Position numbers and translations under genes: made by a program
In this document: in pieces, positions 19,026 to 29,216 of the stretch
Position numbering within the stretch: position 1 is the stretch's first letter
Layout: each line of letters begins with the position of its first letter
IMG/VR virus record: IMGVR_UViG_3300020450_001133
DNA: 64,000 nucleotides
Source: a virus
Lineage: Duplodnaviria; Caudoviricetes
Strand: one strand, 5' to 3'
Notes under the pieces: generated by a model
What the model saw: only the letters and a program-made list of their open reading frames with translations
Database searches by the model: none
Told to the model about the DNA's origin: nothing

Positions 19026-19543
19026 TAATTAATCCTGAATTGAACTTTAATCTTGTCTCCAACAGTTGGTTGGAAGTTTCTTTTTACTTGGTGTAAAGAT
19101 CCGCCATATTCTACAGTAACTAAATAATAGTCCAAAACCTGTGTAACATGGCTGGTCTTTACGGGGATTTCTCTGAACTCACAATTATATTTGTATTTGC
19201 CTTTGTGGCTTAAATCATTGCCTATTCTATTACCTAAAAGTCCTGCAATAATTCTAGCATTGTTATTTGCATCTAATTCATCTGCAATAGCAATACCTAT
19301 TACTGAACCTATAAAGCCTCCATTAGAACCAAATATGCTGTCTGTACCTCTTTCAAAGATACCATAATTATCTCTAGCACGTCTATCTTGACATACTTCT
19401 CTGTATTCGTTTGCAACACCATGTACTGTTTGATATTTAAGTACTGGTTGAACTCCAACTACTTCTGCATCTACTCTAATAAACGAAGAAGCATGGGCAT
19501 TAAATGTAAAAATTAATGCAAATAATAAAAATAATTGTCTCAT
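19025..19543 (-). CDS. secreted glycine-zipper protein (SlyB/YcfJ-like)
   Basis: Signal peptide (FNAHA), GGFIGSVIG...IAGLLGNRIG zipper; promoter TTGACA-17-TAATAT at 19575-19603. Confidence 0.65.
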   Translation of the reverse strand: MRQLFLLFALIFTFNAHASSFIRVDAEVVGVQPVLKYQTVHGVANEYREVCQDRRARDNYGIFERGTDSIFGSNGGFIGSVIGIAIADELDANNNARIIAGLLGNRIGNDLSHKGKYKYNCEFREIPVKTSHVTQVLDYYLVTVEYGGSLHQVKRNFQPTVGDKIKVQFRIN

Positions 19544-19616
19544 ATTGACTCCTTTTTTTATAGCCTTATATTATATATTACATGTTTTAGAGGTACATGT
19601 CAACCTTTTTCGACCC

Positions 19617-19645
19617 AAAAAAAAGCACACCGAAGTGTGCTTTTT
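19617..19645 (-). terminator. rho-independent terminator (possibly bidirectional)
   Basis: GCACAC/GTGTGC stem, C(UUCG)G loop, A and T runs on both sides. Confidence 0.9.
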
Positions 19646-19662
19646 CTTAATTTTTAATAAAA

Positions 19663-20007
19663 TTATGCACCTACGGCAATTGATAATGTTTGAGCAGTAG
19701 CAGTTGTACCACTTAAATCTACACCATCAACTGTACCTAAAGCCTGGATTCTTCCTTGAAGACCAGAATCTAACTCACCTTCAATAATGAAAGTTTGTTC
19801 TGTGTTAGAGTTAGATAGAGGACCAGCCGCTAAAATTACTCTTGATTCTTGAATTGCTTGAAGAACGGCTTGTTGGGCACCGCTAGGTCCTGCACTACCG
19901 TCGATAGCAACAATGTAGTCTAGTGAAAAGATAGAAACATCTTTACCAATAACTTCTGATGCTGAACCTGTAGTAGTTGCACTTGGGTTTGCTTTTGAAA
20001 TAGCCAT
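19663..20007 (-). CDS. small late/virion protein, paralog of 54077-54445
   Basis: QALGTVDGVDLSG motif; TATAAATA at 20052-20059; AGGAG SD; own terminator. Confidence 0.65.
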   Translation of the reverse strand: MAISKANPSATTTGSASEVIGKDVSIFSLDYIVAIDGSAGPSGAQQAVLQAIQESRVILAAGPLSNSNTEQTFIIEGELDSGLQGRIQALGTVDGVDLSGTTATAQTLSIAVGA

Positions 20008-20057
20008 TTATTTCTCCTAATATATTAGGACTCATATGAGTCTGTTGCTATTATTTA

Positions 20058-20087
20058 TAAAAAAAGGAGGCCGAAGCCTCCCTTTTT
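20058..20087 (-). terminator. rho-independent terminator
   Basis: GGAGGC/GCCTCC stem, C(UUCG)G loop, U tail. Confidence 0.9.
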
Positions 20088-20115
20088 CTAGTAATAAATT
20101 ACTATCTAACTATTA

Positions 20116-23100
20116 TTATGTATTGTAAACATATTCAACAGTTACAGTTACAGCACCACTTGTGGCTACTGCCGCTGTAGAACCATCACTTTGTACTACG
20201 TCTAATTGTAGTGTAGTACCTGAAGTTAATGACTCCATACCTAAGTCAAGTACATAAGTACCTGTTACTGTAGGATCAGCCTGTGCCGCTGTTACATAAG
20301 TTGTTTCAGAACTCTCATTATCTGTAATTTTGAATCCATCAACAGAACCACCTGCAAAAGCAGTTGTTACTTTTAATACTGCCTTATTGGCAAAGTAACT
20401 TCTACCTGATACACTTGGAATAGCACCAATTGTGAAAGTACTTGCAGAACTATTGGCTGTAATAGCCGCTCTTACAATACCATCATCTTGTGCTACTACT
20501 TGTGAATCGACATAAGCCTTAACAGATTGTTGGGTTGGTACTAATGTAGCACTATCTGAAGCCATGTTGTCTTCATCAACAAATGCTGTAATTGTAATGG
20601 CACCATCACTTAAACTTGCGTATGTGATAGTTCCTGCTTTTAAATTAGCATCTGTAAGAGTCAAGTCACCTGAACTTGCTCCTGTGGCTGTTGTGGTTGC
20701 AAGTTGTATTTGGTCTGCACTTTCGTCCCAACCAATGAATACATTGTTGTCGTCACCACGTTCAATAATAATACCAGCATCACCACTTGCTGAACCAGAG
20801 TTACCTGTTCCAAGTTCTATCAATTGGTCTTCAATTGTTGTGTTGGTTGCTGAATTAGTTACTGTTGTACCATTAACTGTAAGGTTACCTGCTAGTGTTA
20901 AGTCAGTTGCCGCAATGGTTGTTACGCCACTTAAAGCACCAGAGTTAATACTTGCTACACCATCTGTTACAGTTGTACCTGTTATAGTTGCCGCACTTAC
21001 ACCAGTTAGTCCACTTACTGTACTTGGTAAGCCAATTGTTGCTGTATCAGTTGCTCCAACTGTTACCTCAATCTCATTAGCCGTACCTGCTATTGTAAGT
21101 GTATCACCACCTGCAACGGTTTGTGTATTAGAACCATCACTTAATGTGAATGATGTACTAATAGAAGCCGTTGTTGCCGCTGTTATACGACCTTGTGCGT
21201 CTACTGTTAGAACTGGTATTGCTGTTGCACTACCATAACTAGCGGCTGTTACCGCTGTGTTATCTAGTGTTACAGTAAGTGTGTTACCACTTCCTGCTGT
21301 ACTAATACCTGTTCCACCTGCTATGTCTAATGTTTCTGAATCTAAATCAATACTTAGAGCACCACCTGAGTCACCTTGGAAGTCAAGGTCACTAGCAGTC
21401 AATTGAGCATCAACGTATGCTTTAACTGATTGTTGAGTTGGAACCAATGTAGCACTATCAGATGCCATATTGTCCTCATCAACAAATGCAGTAATAGTAA
21501 TTGAGCCATCACTTAATGAACCATATTGTACTGTACCACTTGCTGTGATATTAGTAGCACCTGTAATAGCACCACTGTTAATACTTGCTGTTCCATCAGT
21601 TAATGTTGCACCAGTTACTGTTCCTGCTGTTGTTAATGCACCAGTTAAGCCAGTTAAGGCTCCACCAGTCATTGTTGCTGTTCCGTCTGTAATACTTCCA
21701 CCTGTAATAGCACCACTGAATGTTGCCGCTACACCGCCAGTAATACTACCGTCGGATAATGTTGCCGCACCGTCTGTGATTTGTCCAGCAGTTGTAAAGT
21801 TACCTGCTGTCATTGTGCCACTTACTGTAGGAGCATTTACTAAGCCAATTGTAATAGCATCGTTTGAAACCGTTGTTTCAATCTCATTACTAGTACCTGC
21901 AAAGTTTAATGTTCCACCAGTTGTGAATGTATCATTAGACCCACTGTCTGCTGATAGGGTGAATGAAGAACTAATTCCACTAATCTCTGTATCAACGTAT
22001 GCTTTAATACTCTGTTGAGTAGCACCTGCTGTTGCTGAGTTAGAGTTCATATTATCTTCATCTAAGAATGCTGTAATAGTAGCACCACTGGCACCTGTAA
22101 ATGATGTTGCCGTGATTGCCTGGGAGTTTATTGCTCCTGTTCTAATTGCACTCTTTGTACCTGTAAAGGTATTTGAACTTTCTGTAGCATCTGCAATGAA
22201 TACAAATTCACTTGCTGAATCATCATAACCAAAGAAACCTTTCTTTGCATTTGATCCGTCATGCCAATTAAATTTTATACCTCTATCTAAGTTGTCGTCA
22301 GATGAAATTCCTGGATCACCTATTTCAAAAATAGGATCATCAACTTGGACTGTTGTACTGTTTACTGTTGTTGTTGTACCGTTTACTGTAAGTGTTCCTG
22401 ACACAACTGCGTCACCAGTAATTGTAACTGTGGATGATGTAATATCATCTGAGTTCAATGTACCGGAAACAGTTAAGTCACCGCCTACAGTAACATCATC
22501 TGGTAATCCAATCTGTATTTGATTGTTTGTTACTGCTGTTTCAATTTCGTTTGAAGTACCTGCAAAAGTTAATGTGTCAGTTCCAACTGTTACTGTATCA
22601 TTACTTCCACTGTCTGCCGCAATAGTCAATGCAGATGAAATACTGGCTGTACTTGCCGCTGTAATTCTACCTTTTGCATCTACTGTTATGACAGGAATCG
22701 CTGTACTTGAACCATAACTTGCCGCACTAACACCTGTACTATCAAGTGTAGTTGTTAATGTAATGTTCTGACTGCCATCAAATGCAGTTGCAGTTGCGTC
22801 TACATCACCGTCTATTGTTATTGTTCTAGCATTTGCTAATGCTGTTGCTGTTGAGGAATTACCTGTTACAGCACCAGTTAAGTTACCAGTAATTGTGCCA
22901 GATGCATTTATTGTTGTAAATGAACCTGCCGCCGCTGAGTTGCCACCAATGACTGCGCCGTCAATAGCACCACCATCTATGTTTACTGAGTCACTTGCCT
23001 GAGTTGCGATTGTACCTAAACCAAGAGTTGTTCGAGCCGCTGATGCGTCTGCATCATCAATTATGGATCTACCAAATGCCGAAATATCGGAAGCCGCAAA

Positions 23101-23358
23101 AGTGTTTGCACCTGATGTGTAGATAATCTTGTCTGCCGCTACTGATGTTAAACCAGTACCACCTTTGGTTACAGCAATCTGAGTACCTGACCAGGTACCT
23201 GCTTGAACCGTTGCAAACTCTACATCTTCAAGTGAACTACCGTTGTCTTTGAATTGGAACTTGTTGTTGGAAGAATCGTAAACTACGAACCCACCACTCT
23301 TTCCATATTGAACATCGGAGGCTACACCTTTGATTCCAAAGTTTTTAATATTCGCCAT
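20116..23358 (-). CDS. large modular virion fibre protein (1080 aa)
   Basis: Thr/Ala/Gly/Ser-rich with repeated internal modules; late motif at 23433-23440; strong SD. Confidence 0.8.
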   Translation of the reverse strand: MANIKNFGIKGVASDVQYGKSGGFVVYDSSNNKFQFKDNGSSLEDVEFATVQAGTWSGTQIAVTKGGTGLTSVAADKIIYTSGANTFAASDISAFGRSIIDDADASAARTTLGLGTIATQASDSVNIDGGAIDGAVIGGNSAAAGSFTTINASGTITGNLTGAVTGNSSTATALANARTITIDGDVDATATAFDGSQNITLTTTLDSTGVSAASYGSSTAIPVITVDAKGRITAASTASISSALTIAADSGSNDTVTVGTDTLTFAGTSNEIETAVTNNQIQIGLPDDVTVGGDLTVSGTLNSDDITSSTVTITGDAVVSGTLTVNGTTTTVNSTTVQVDDPIFEIGDPGISSDDNLDRGIKFNWHDGSNAKKGFFGYDDSASEFVFIADATESSNTFTGTKSAIRTGAINSQAITATSFTGASGATITAFLDEDNMNSNSATAGATQQSIKAYVDTEISGISSSFTLSADSGSNDTFTTGGTLNFAGTSNEIETTVSNDAITIGLVNAPTVSGTMTAGNFTTAGQITDGAATLSDGSITGGVAATFSGAITGGSITDGTATMTGGALTGLTGALTTAGTVTGATLTDGTASINSGAITGATNITASGTVQYGSLSDGSITITAFVDEDNMASDSATLVPTQQSVKAYVDAQLTASDLDFQGDSGGALSIDLDSETLDIAGGTGISTAGSGNTLTVTLDNTAVTAASYGSATAIPVLTVDAQGRITAATTASISTSFTLSDGSNTQTVAGGDTLTIAGTANEIEVTVGATDTATIGLPSTVSGLTGVSAATITGTTVTDGVASINSGALSGVTTIAATDLTLAGNLTVNGTTVTNSATNTTIEDQLIELGTGNSGSASGDAGIIIERGDDNNVFIGWDESADQIQLATTTATGASSGDLTLTDANLKAGTITYASLSDGAITITAFVDEDNMASDSATLVPTQQSVKAYVDSQVVAQDDGIVRAAITANSSASTFTIGAIPSVSGRSYFANKAVLKVTTAFAGGSVDGFKITDNESSETTYVTAAQADPTVTGTYVLDLGMESLTSGTTLQLDVVQSDGSTAAVATSGAVTVTVEYVYNT
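20528..21516 (-). repeat. intragenic duplicated module (SLSDG.ITITAFVDEDNMASDSATLVPTQQSVKAYVD)
   Basis: Near-identical DNA copies at about 20528-20612 and 21430-21516; degenerate third copy near 21990-22085. Confidence 0.85.
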
Positions 23359-23451
23359 CTTGTTACTCCTTAAGGATTTCTTCTATATATAGATGTACAA
23401 GAACGTACTGTTATGTACGCATTATACTTGTATATTTATCGTATTAAAGGA

Positions 23452-25485
23452 TTAGACGTAAGTTACCGACACAGTTACAGCACCTAATGTTGCTGAGTTA
23501 TGTGTGAACTTACAACGTATGTTAAGGTCATTTGTTTGACTTGCTGGATATACATAATCTGGATTTGATGTATATGTTCCTGAAGCAGATAGGTCACTCA
23601 TGTCACCTGTCATATAAGCATCTATGTCTGTTTGGTCACCAACATCTATTGTAGGAGCAGAGCCTGTATAGTTTGTTACTGGTGTTGATACTTTTACAGC
23701 AACTTCAACTATTCTTGAACCTGGAGATACATTACCAAGTGTTACAGTTTCAACTCCACCAAAGCCTGCACCTGGTGTATCAAAGTCAACTGTTAATGTT
23801 TGTGCATCTGTGTTAGCACTATCTTGGTTACTTAGTTCGCCCCAAGCACTTCCATCATATAAGTACAATGCCCACTCACCATCACCAGCATCAGTAACAT
23901 AAGCAAGGTCTCCTGCTTGTGGACTTAATGCATCTCTGGCTGATATGTTTGCTACAATAGTTGTTCCTGAACTCTTAACACCATGTTCAATGTAAAGTCC
24001 TAAAGGAAATTGTCCATTGTGTACACTTGTAATGCCAAAGTCTGAACTAGGAGTTCCTGTCTTATCTTCTAAGTCAATAGGTCCACCATCAGTTCTAGTA
24101 AGTTTTAAATACTTTCCTGTACTTGCATTTGTACTTAAAGGTAATCCAGTTACACTGGCATCACCGGCAAATGGAACATTACTGTTGGCATCATTGGTCA
24201 CATTGGTTATAGTAACTGCATTACCATTTGCTTCTGTAAGTCTTATTCTACCATCACCTAATACTTCTGTTGTTAAGTTAGGAATACTTAATGCATCTAT
24301 TGTGTCTTTGATGTCTGTATTGTTTGCAATACCGGCACCATATTGTGCATTACCACTTGGACTTGACGTAACATTAGCAAGATATGTACCACTGCCTGTT
24401 GTTATATTACCACTAAAAGGTATATAACCACCTAACAATCCATAACTGTAATCGCTTGTATCACTTGTTACAGTTGTGGGAACAGAGGCTTCACTGGCTG
24501 TTACAAAGGTATTAGAAGTATTATTAATGTCTGTAACAGCATTTGCTATACTTGTTCCTGTGCTTAAGGTAACATTGGTACCATTTATTTCTAACACATT
24601 GTTTTGTGTTGTTGTTCCGTTAGATACATTGCCTGTTGAAATACTGCTTATTGCATCTTTTATTTTTAAAAATAATATTTTGCCTGTATCAGTTGTAGTT
24701 AAATCTCCATCTGTATCAGCAAATATAAAGTCTCCAGCACTACCTGGTAATGCTGGATTGAAATCTATAATTTGGTTTTGTGGCTTTACTTTAAATTGAT
24801 TAGGTCCTGGGCCTGTATAACTTACTACGCCAACTGTTCTACTAATTGTACTGGCATTTGCTTTTTCTAATGCACCTGCACTTGTTATAGCAATAACATC
24901 TCCTCTAGCAAAACCATGTGCATCTTTTGTAAACTTATAATGTTCTTGTGGATTTATGTATTCAAATCTACTAACAATGTTTGGATAAAAATCTGTACTA
25001 ACTAAACTTGCTGGTAGAGGATCTAACATAGGTTTACCTTCATTGTTGATTGTAAACAACACACCTGTACCTGGTACAGCAAATATTGGTGAACCTGAAC
25101 TGCTTCTAAATACATTATATCTGTCTATATCCTCTGCAATTACTGTAACAGATGTTGCACTTTTACTTGTAACACTTACAATCTGTAAACACTTTCCATC
25201 CTGGGAACCTGCAATCCAATCTCCAACACTTACATCCATGCCATTATACTTTCTGGATTCACGTGTTTTATGGGAACCATGTGCATATTCCGTTACAGTA
25301 AAAGTTATTGTATATTGATAAGGTTTTGCTGAGCCGCCGCCACTCCACCAAGGATCACCTTCTCCATCATTGTGAGTCCAGTTTTTATATCCTGTTGCTG
25401 AAGTAAAAGATATCTGTAATACCTTTGCGGGTTTGTAAACGTCTAATGTTGAATCAGCACTTTTGTTAAAAATAGTATCAGCCAT
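23452..25485 (-). CDS. virion structural protein (677 aa)
   Basis: In late cluster; C-terminal domain shared with the 1080-aa and 355-aa proteins. Confidence 0.75.
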   Translation of the reverse strand: MADTIFNKSADSTLDVYKPAKVLQISFTSATGYKNWTHNDGEGDPWWSGGGSAKPYQYTITFTVTEYAHGSHKTRESRKYNGMDVSVGDWIAGSQDGKCLQIVSVTSKSATSVTVIAEDIDRYNVFRSSSGSPIFAVPGTGVLFTINNEGKPMLDPLPASLVSTDFYPNIVSRFEYINPQEHYKFTKDAHGFARGDVIAITSAGALEKANASTISRTVGVVSYTGPGPNQFKVKPQNQIIDFNPALPGSAGDFIFADTDGDLTTTDTGKILFLKIKDAISSISTGNVSNGTTTQNNVLEINGTNVTLSTGTSIANAVTDINNTSNTFVTASEASVPTTVTSDTSDYSYGLLGGYIPFSGNITTGSGTYLANVTSSPSGNAQYGAGIANNTDIKDTIDALSIPNLTTEVLGDGRIRLTEANGNAVTITNVTNDANSNVPFAGDASVTGLPLSTNASTGKYLKLTRTDGGPIDLEDKTGTPSSDFGITSVHNGQFPLGLYIEHGVKSSGTTIVANISARDALSPQAGDLAYVTDAGDGEWALYLYDGSAWGELSNQDSANTDAQTLTVDFDTPGAGFGGVETVTLGNVSPGSRIVEVAVKVSTPVTNYTGSAPTIDVGDQTDIDAYMTGDMSDLSASGTYTSNPDYVYPASQTNDLNIRCKFTHNSATLGAVTVSVTYV

Positions 25486-25488
25486 TTA

Positions 25489-28400
25489 TTAAGACCCCAT
25501 CGAGAAGTATATCCAAGCATGAGTTGTTTGTCCAAACCCACTACTTGAACCTGTTTCACTTCTTGTTAATGATAATGTCACATTACTAGTACCCAATGAT
25601 CCATGTGGTGAACCACTTCCTGCTAGTTTTAAAGTAGTATTGTTTACACTTGCACTCTGCCCTTTAATCAAATACTCCGATGTGGACTGACTGTACCCGT
25701 ATGCTGTTATGGCTACTGGAGGGAAATTATAGTTGCCTCCGAAGTCTACTATGACTTCACAACTGTTTGATGCCGCATTGTTTATAGTAACGTTTCCAAT
25801 ATTTGTACTTGCATCACTATAACCACCTGAGCCTTGTGCTGTGTCTATTGCTCCTGCAGATGTATAGTATAGTTTGAAGTATTCAAAAGATGAACTACCT
25901 CCACCGCCACCGCCAGTATTATCTGCCGCTGGTGCCCAACTACTACCATTATATTTTAAAACTTGTCCTGATGCCGCACCTGATGTACTAACATCTGATA
26001 AATCACCTAATGCACTTGCACCACCACCTGATTGGTTAGCCCAACTAAGTACACCACTACCGTCTGTTTTAAGTACTTGGTCAGCACTACCATCATCGTT
26101 TGGTAATGTTAATACATAGTTTGCACCTGCACTATGTGGAGGTCCTTGTATTGTAATACCATGTGAATTGTTTTCACAGTTAAGTTGGAAACGTCCTGCA
26201 CCATTACCACCGTTGCCGGAGTTACCTTTAAATATTACTCTACCTGTGCCATGTGGTGATAATTCTATATTACCATTACTTGCACTTGTTATATCTTGTC
26301 CATTAACATCTAATGAACCACCTAGTTGTGGTGTTGTATCTGAAACAATGTCAGTACTTCCTAAAATACTTGTTAAGTCTACATTACCTGATTGTCCTGA
26401 TAAACTAATTACATTGCCAGATATTGTTAAATCTTGTGCGTCACTATCACTTGTAATAAATGAACTAAGGTCTGGTGGTGTAAATGTAAACACACCAGTA
26501 CCACTGTTATATGATAAACTACCATTGCCACTATTACTTGCTGTCGTAACACTTACGTCATTAAGTCCTGCACCTGCTGGGCCTGTGGATCCTGTGGCTC
26601 CTTGTGGGCCTTTGATGTTTCCTACATCTTGCGTTGAACTGTTTGAATAGTTAAGTACTAAATTAGCACCACCAACTAAACTTACACTTGTTATACCAAC
26701 ACCGTCTGTACCGTCAGCACCTGCATCACCCGTAGGACCTGCAACACTACCTGTTACATTTATTGTATTACTATCACTTAATGTGAGTGTTAATGCACCA
26801 CCACTTACTGATGCACTTGAAATAGTTGTGCCATCTGTACCAGCATTACCCTGTGGTCCTTGTGGACCTGTAGCACCCAACCCACTTAAATCTAGTGTGG
26901 TGCCATCGTATGTTAGGTCACTACCACTTAATGATATAGTAGGTCTGTTTTGTACATCTGTATGATTACCAGTAAATGCTACTGTGGATAATTGTGTATT
27001 ACTGTTGTTTAAGGCATTGGCAACTTCTGCCAAACTGTCTAAATTGACATTGGCTCCGCCTTTTAATAATGTAACCTGATTGTCAACGTATGCTACAACA
27101 TTCGTATTTGCAGTATTAACAAAAGACTGCATATTTGAATTTGCTGTATTAACATAGGATTGGTCTGCATAGTTGTTAGTTGAGAGGTATGATGCAACAT
27201 TACTGTCACCATAATTACCTGCCACGCCTGCCAGTGTGCTTGTTAAATCTACATTACCTGATTGTCCTGTAAGGCTTATAACATTACCACTAATGGTTAA
27301 GTCTTGAGCCGCCAATACACTTAAATCAACTGAGTTACCACTTGAAATACTTAATGAACTTGTACCTGCATTCCAACTTAAACTTTGAGTTGTTGCTTGA
27401 ATGTTAGCAGGAGTAAATGTAAATACACCTGCATTGTTATATGATAAACTTCCGTTACCACTTGGTGTTTGACTTGAAACACTGAAATCTGTTAGGGAAA
27501 CATTACTGTTTCCTCCACCACCGCCGCCTCCGCCGGTGCTTGTAAATGTAATACTATCGCCTGCATCACTTGTTGTAATTGACATGTTAGTACCAGCAAC
27601 AAATGTTAATGTGTCTGAAGAACTGTCTGCAACTACATTGTTTTGTCCTGATACTGCTATTTGTCTAAATGCTCTTGTGGCTATGTCTGTTGCATCAAAT
27701 CCAATAGTAACTCTTTTGTTTGTAGTGTCAGGAGTAATAGTAATATTACCATCACCTCTTAAATCTACCTTACCTGTTGTTTCTACAAACTGTGTTGAGC
27801 CATTTGTAACTGTAATATTGGATAGTAATCCACTAGTATTAGCAGTATCTACATTGGCTATTAAGGCATCAACTTGTGCTGATGTATAACTGTCTGCCGC
27901 TAGTCTATAGTTAGCCGCGGGTTGTGATCCTAAGTTAGTGGCATTTACTGCCAGGTCAGCCGTACCTCTAAAGTATGTACTGAACACTTCATTGTATTTG
28001 TTTGAACTGTTACCTAAGTCATATGTATTATCTAATGCTGGAGCATTGTTGGCTGTGGTAACCATTGCTTGTGCCACGTGAGCATTAAAGGCTGTATTGT
28101 CTGTTTTTACGGATATATCTTGTTGATTGGCAAAACTTAATACGTTTGAACCATTTGTTACTAGTATTTGATTAGCAGTACCGTCTGCTGTTGGCATTGT
28201 TATACCAGCAAATGTTAAGTTTGTTGTAACTAAATTATTTGCAGTAACAGAACCATTTGCTACTGTTACATTGTTGCCTGAACCTAAGAAACTAAATGTT
28301 GTGCCATCAAATGTTAAACTGTCTGATCCATTTAATACATTACCAGTAGCATCTGCAACTAAAACTGTGTTTGCATTAGCACTTCCTAATGTAGTTGATC

Positions 28401-28686
28401 CTGCACCAACAACTGCATCAATAAAAAGTACATTGTCAGTCAAAGTCAATGTGGTGTTAGCACCAGACTGTAACTTGTAAAATTCTAAATATGAACCATC
28501 ATTTTGTTTGTAAAGTCCAACACCTTGTGAGCCTACGTTTCTACCTTGCCCAGTTACGTTAGCATTGGCACTTACTGCCGAAGTTTCATTCTTAAATGAA
28601 CCTGTTGAGGCATCATATACTAATATTTGATTGTCAGTAACATTATCTAAATTAAAAGATATTGTTTCATTTGATCCTATTGCCAT
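25489..28686 (-). CDS. collagen-like repeat fibre protein (1065 aa)
   Basis: Three short Gly-X-Y tracts, duplicated QDLTISGNVISL.GQSGNVDLTS and SGNGSLSYN..GVFTFTP modules; late motif at 28712-28719. Confidence 0.8.
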   Translation of the reverse strand: MAIGSNETISFNLDNVTDNQILVYDASTGSFKNETSAVSANANVTGQGRNVGSQGVGLYKQNDGSYLEFYKLQSGANTTLTLTDNVLFIDAVVGAGSTTLGSANANTVLVADATGNVLNGSDSLTFDGTTFSFLGSGNNVTVANGSVTANNLVTTNLTFAGITMPTADGTANQILVTNGSNVLSFANQQDISVKTDNTAFNAHVAQAMVTTANNAPALDNTYDLGNSSNKYNEVFSTYFRGTADLAVNATNLGSQPAANYRLAADSYTSAQVDALIANVDTANTSGLLSNITVTNGSTQFVETTGKVDLRGDGNITITPDTTNKRVTIGFDATDIATRAFRQIAVSGQNNVVADSSSDTLTFVAGTNMSITTSDAGDSITFTSTGGGGGGGGNSNVSLTDFSVSSQTPSGNGSLSYNNAGVFTFTPANIQATTQSLSWNAGTSSLSISSGNSVDLSVLAAQDLTISGNVISLTGQSGNVDLTSTLAGVAGNYGDSNVASYLSTNNYADQSYVNTANSNMQSFVNTANTNVVAYVDNQVTLLKGGANVNLDSLAEVANALNNSNTQLSTVAFTGNHTDVQNRPTISLSGSDLTYDGTTLDLSGLGATGPQGPQGNAGTDGTTISSASVSGGALTLTLSDSNTINVTGSVAGPTGDAGADGTDGVGITSVSLVGGANLVLNYSNSSTQDVGNIKGPQGATGSTGPAGAGLNDVSVTTASNSGNGSLSYNSGTGVFTFTPPDLSSFITSDSDAQDLTISGNVISLSGQSGNVDLTSILGSTDIVSDTTPQLGGSLDVNGQDITSASNGNIELSPHGTGRVIFKGNSGNGGNGAGRFQLNCENNSHGITIQGPPHSAGANYVLTLPNDDGSADQVLKTDGSGVLSWANQSGGGASALGDLSDVSTSGAASGQVLKYNGSSWAPAADNTGGGGGGSSSFEYFKLYYTSAGAIDTAQGSGGYSDASTNIGNVTINNAASNSCEVIVDFGGNYNFPPVAITAYGYSQSTSEYLIKGQSASVNNTTLKLAGSGSPHGSLGTSNVTLSLTRSETGSSSGFGQTTHAWIYFSMGS

Positions 28687-28785
28687 TCGATATATCCTAT
28701 GTTATAAACAGTATTTATCGTTTTTGGCAAAGTTGACAGTCTTTAGAACTCGTGGCTTGACTGTGATTTGTAATAATTTTTTAAA

Positions 28786-29199
28786 TTATGCTGATAATCT
28801 GATATAGTTTATAGCACCATACGTGGAATCGTATGTGGTACCATCGCCCAAATAACTTCTATCTACTTTAACTCTTAAGTAAGTAAAGTTACCTGTGATA
28901 GTATATGCTTCTACTCCAGTGAACCCATCTGTTCCTGAAATTGGAAATTGTTTATATCCACCTGCCGCCGCAGTTAAACCTCCTTGTATTTGTATGTCAA
29001 AGAAGTCTGCGTCTGTGGGTGTAAGTGCTAGAGTACCTTGTACACTAACTCTGCCTTTAAATGAGTTATATGATATTGCTATGGTGTGAATACCGTCTGA
29101 ATATCCATAATAACTGTCTCCTTCTACATTACTTGTAGTCAAAGACATAGTAGAGCCTGTTGAACTCTGCATTAAAACTGATTTTCTATTGATGCTCAT
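28786..29199 (-). CDS. probable small virion protein
   Basis: 137 aa, beta-rich; late motif 29205-29212 only 5 nt before the ATG. Confidence 0.55.
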   Translation of the reverse strand: MSINRKSVLMQSSTGSTMSLTTSNVEGDSYYGYSDGIHTIAISYNSFKGRVSVQGTLALTPTDADFFDIQIQGGLTAAAGGYKQFPISGTDGFTGVEAYTITGNFTYLRVKVDRSYLGDGTTYDSTYGAINYIRLSA

Positions 29200-29216
29200 A
29201 CTTGTATTTATCGCTT

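Noticed and set aside
20564-28480. Long plus-strand ORFs antisense to the fibre genes (e.g. 20564-21238, 21470-22018, 26168-26650)
   Set aside because: Shadow frames produced by Thr/Ala/Gly/Val codon bias; no SD or promoter, and Val/Pro-rich nonsense translations
20116-28686. Diversity-generating retroelement TR/VR pair among fibre repeats
   Set aside because: Differences between copies are mostly synonymous third-position changes, not adenine-specific, and no reverse transcriptase is present
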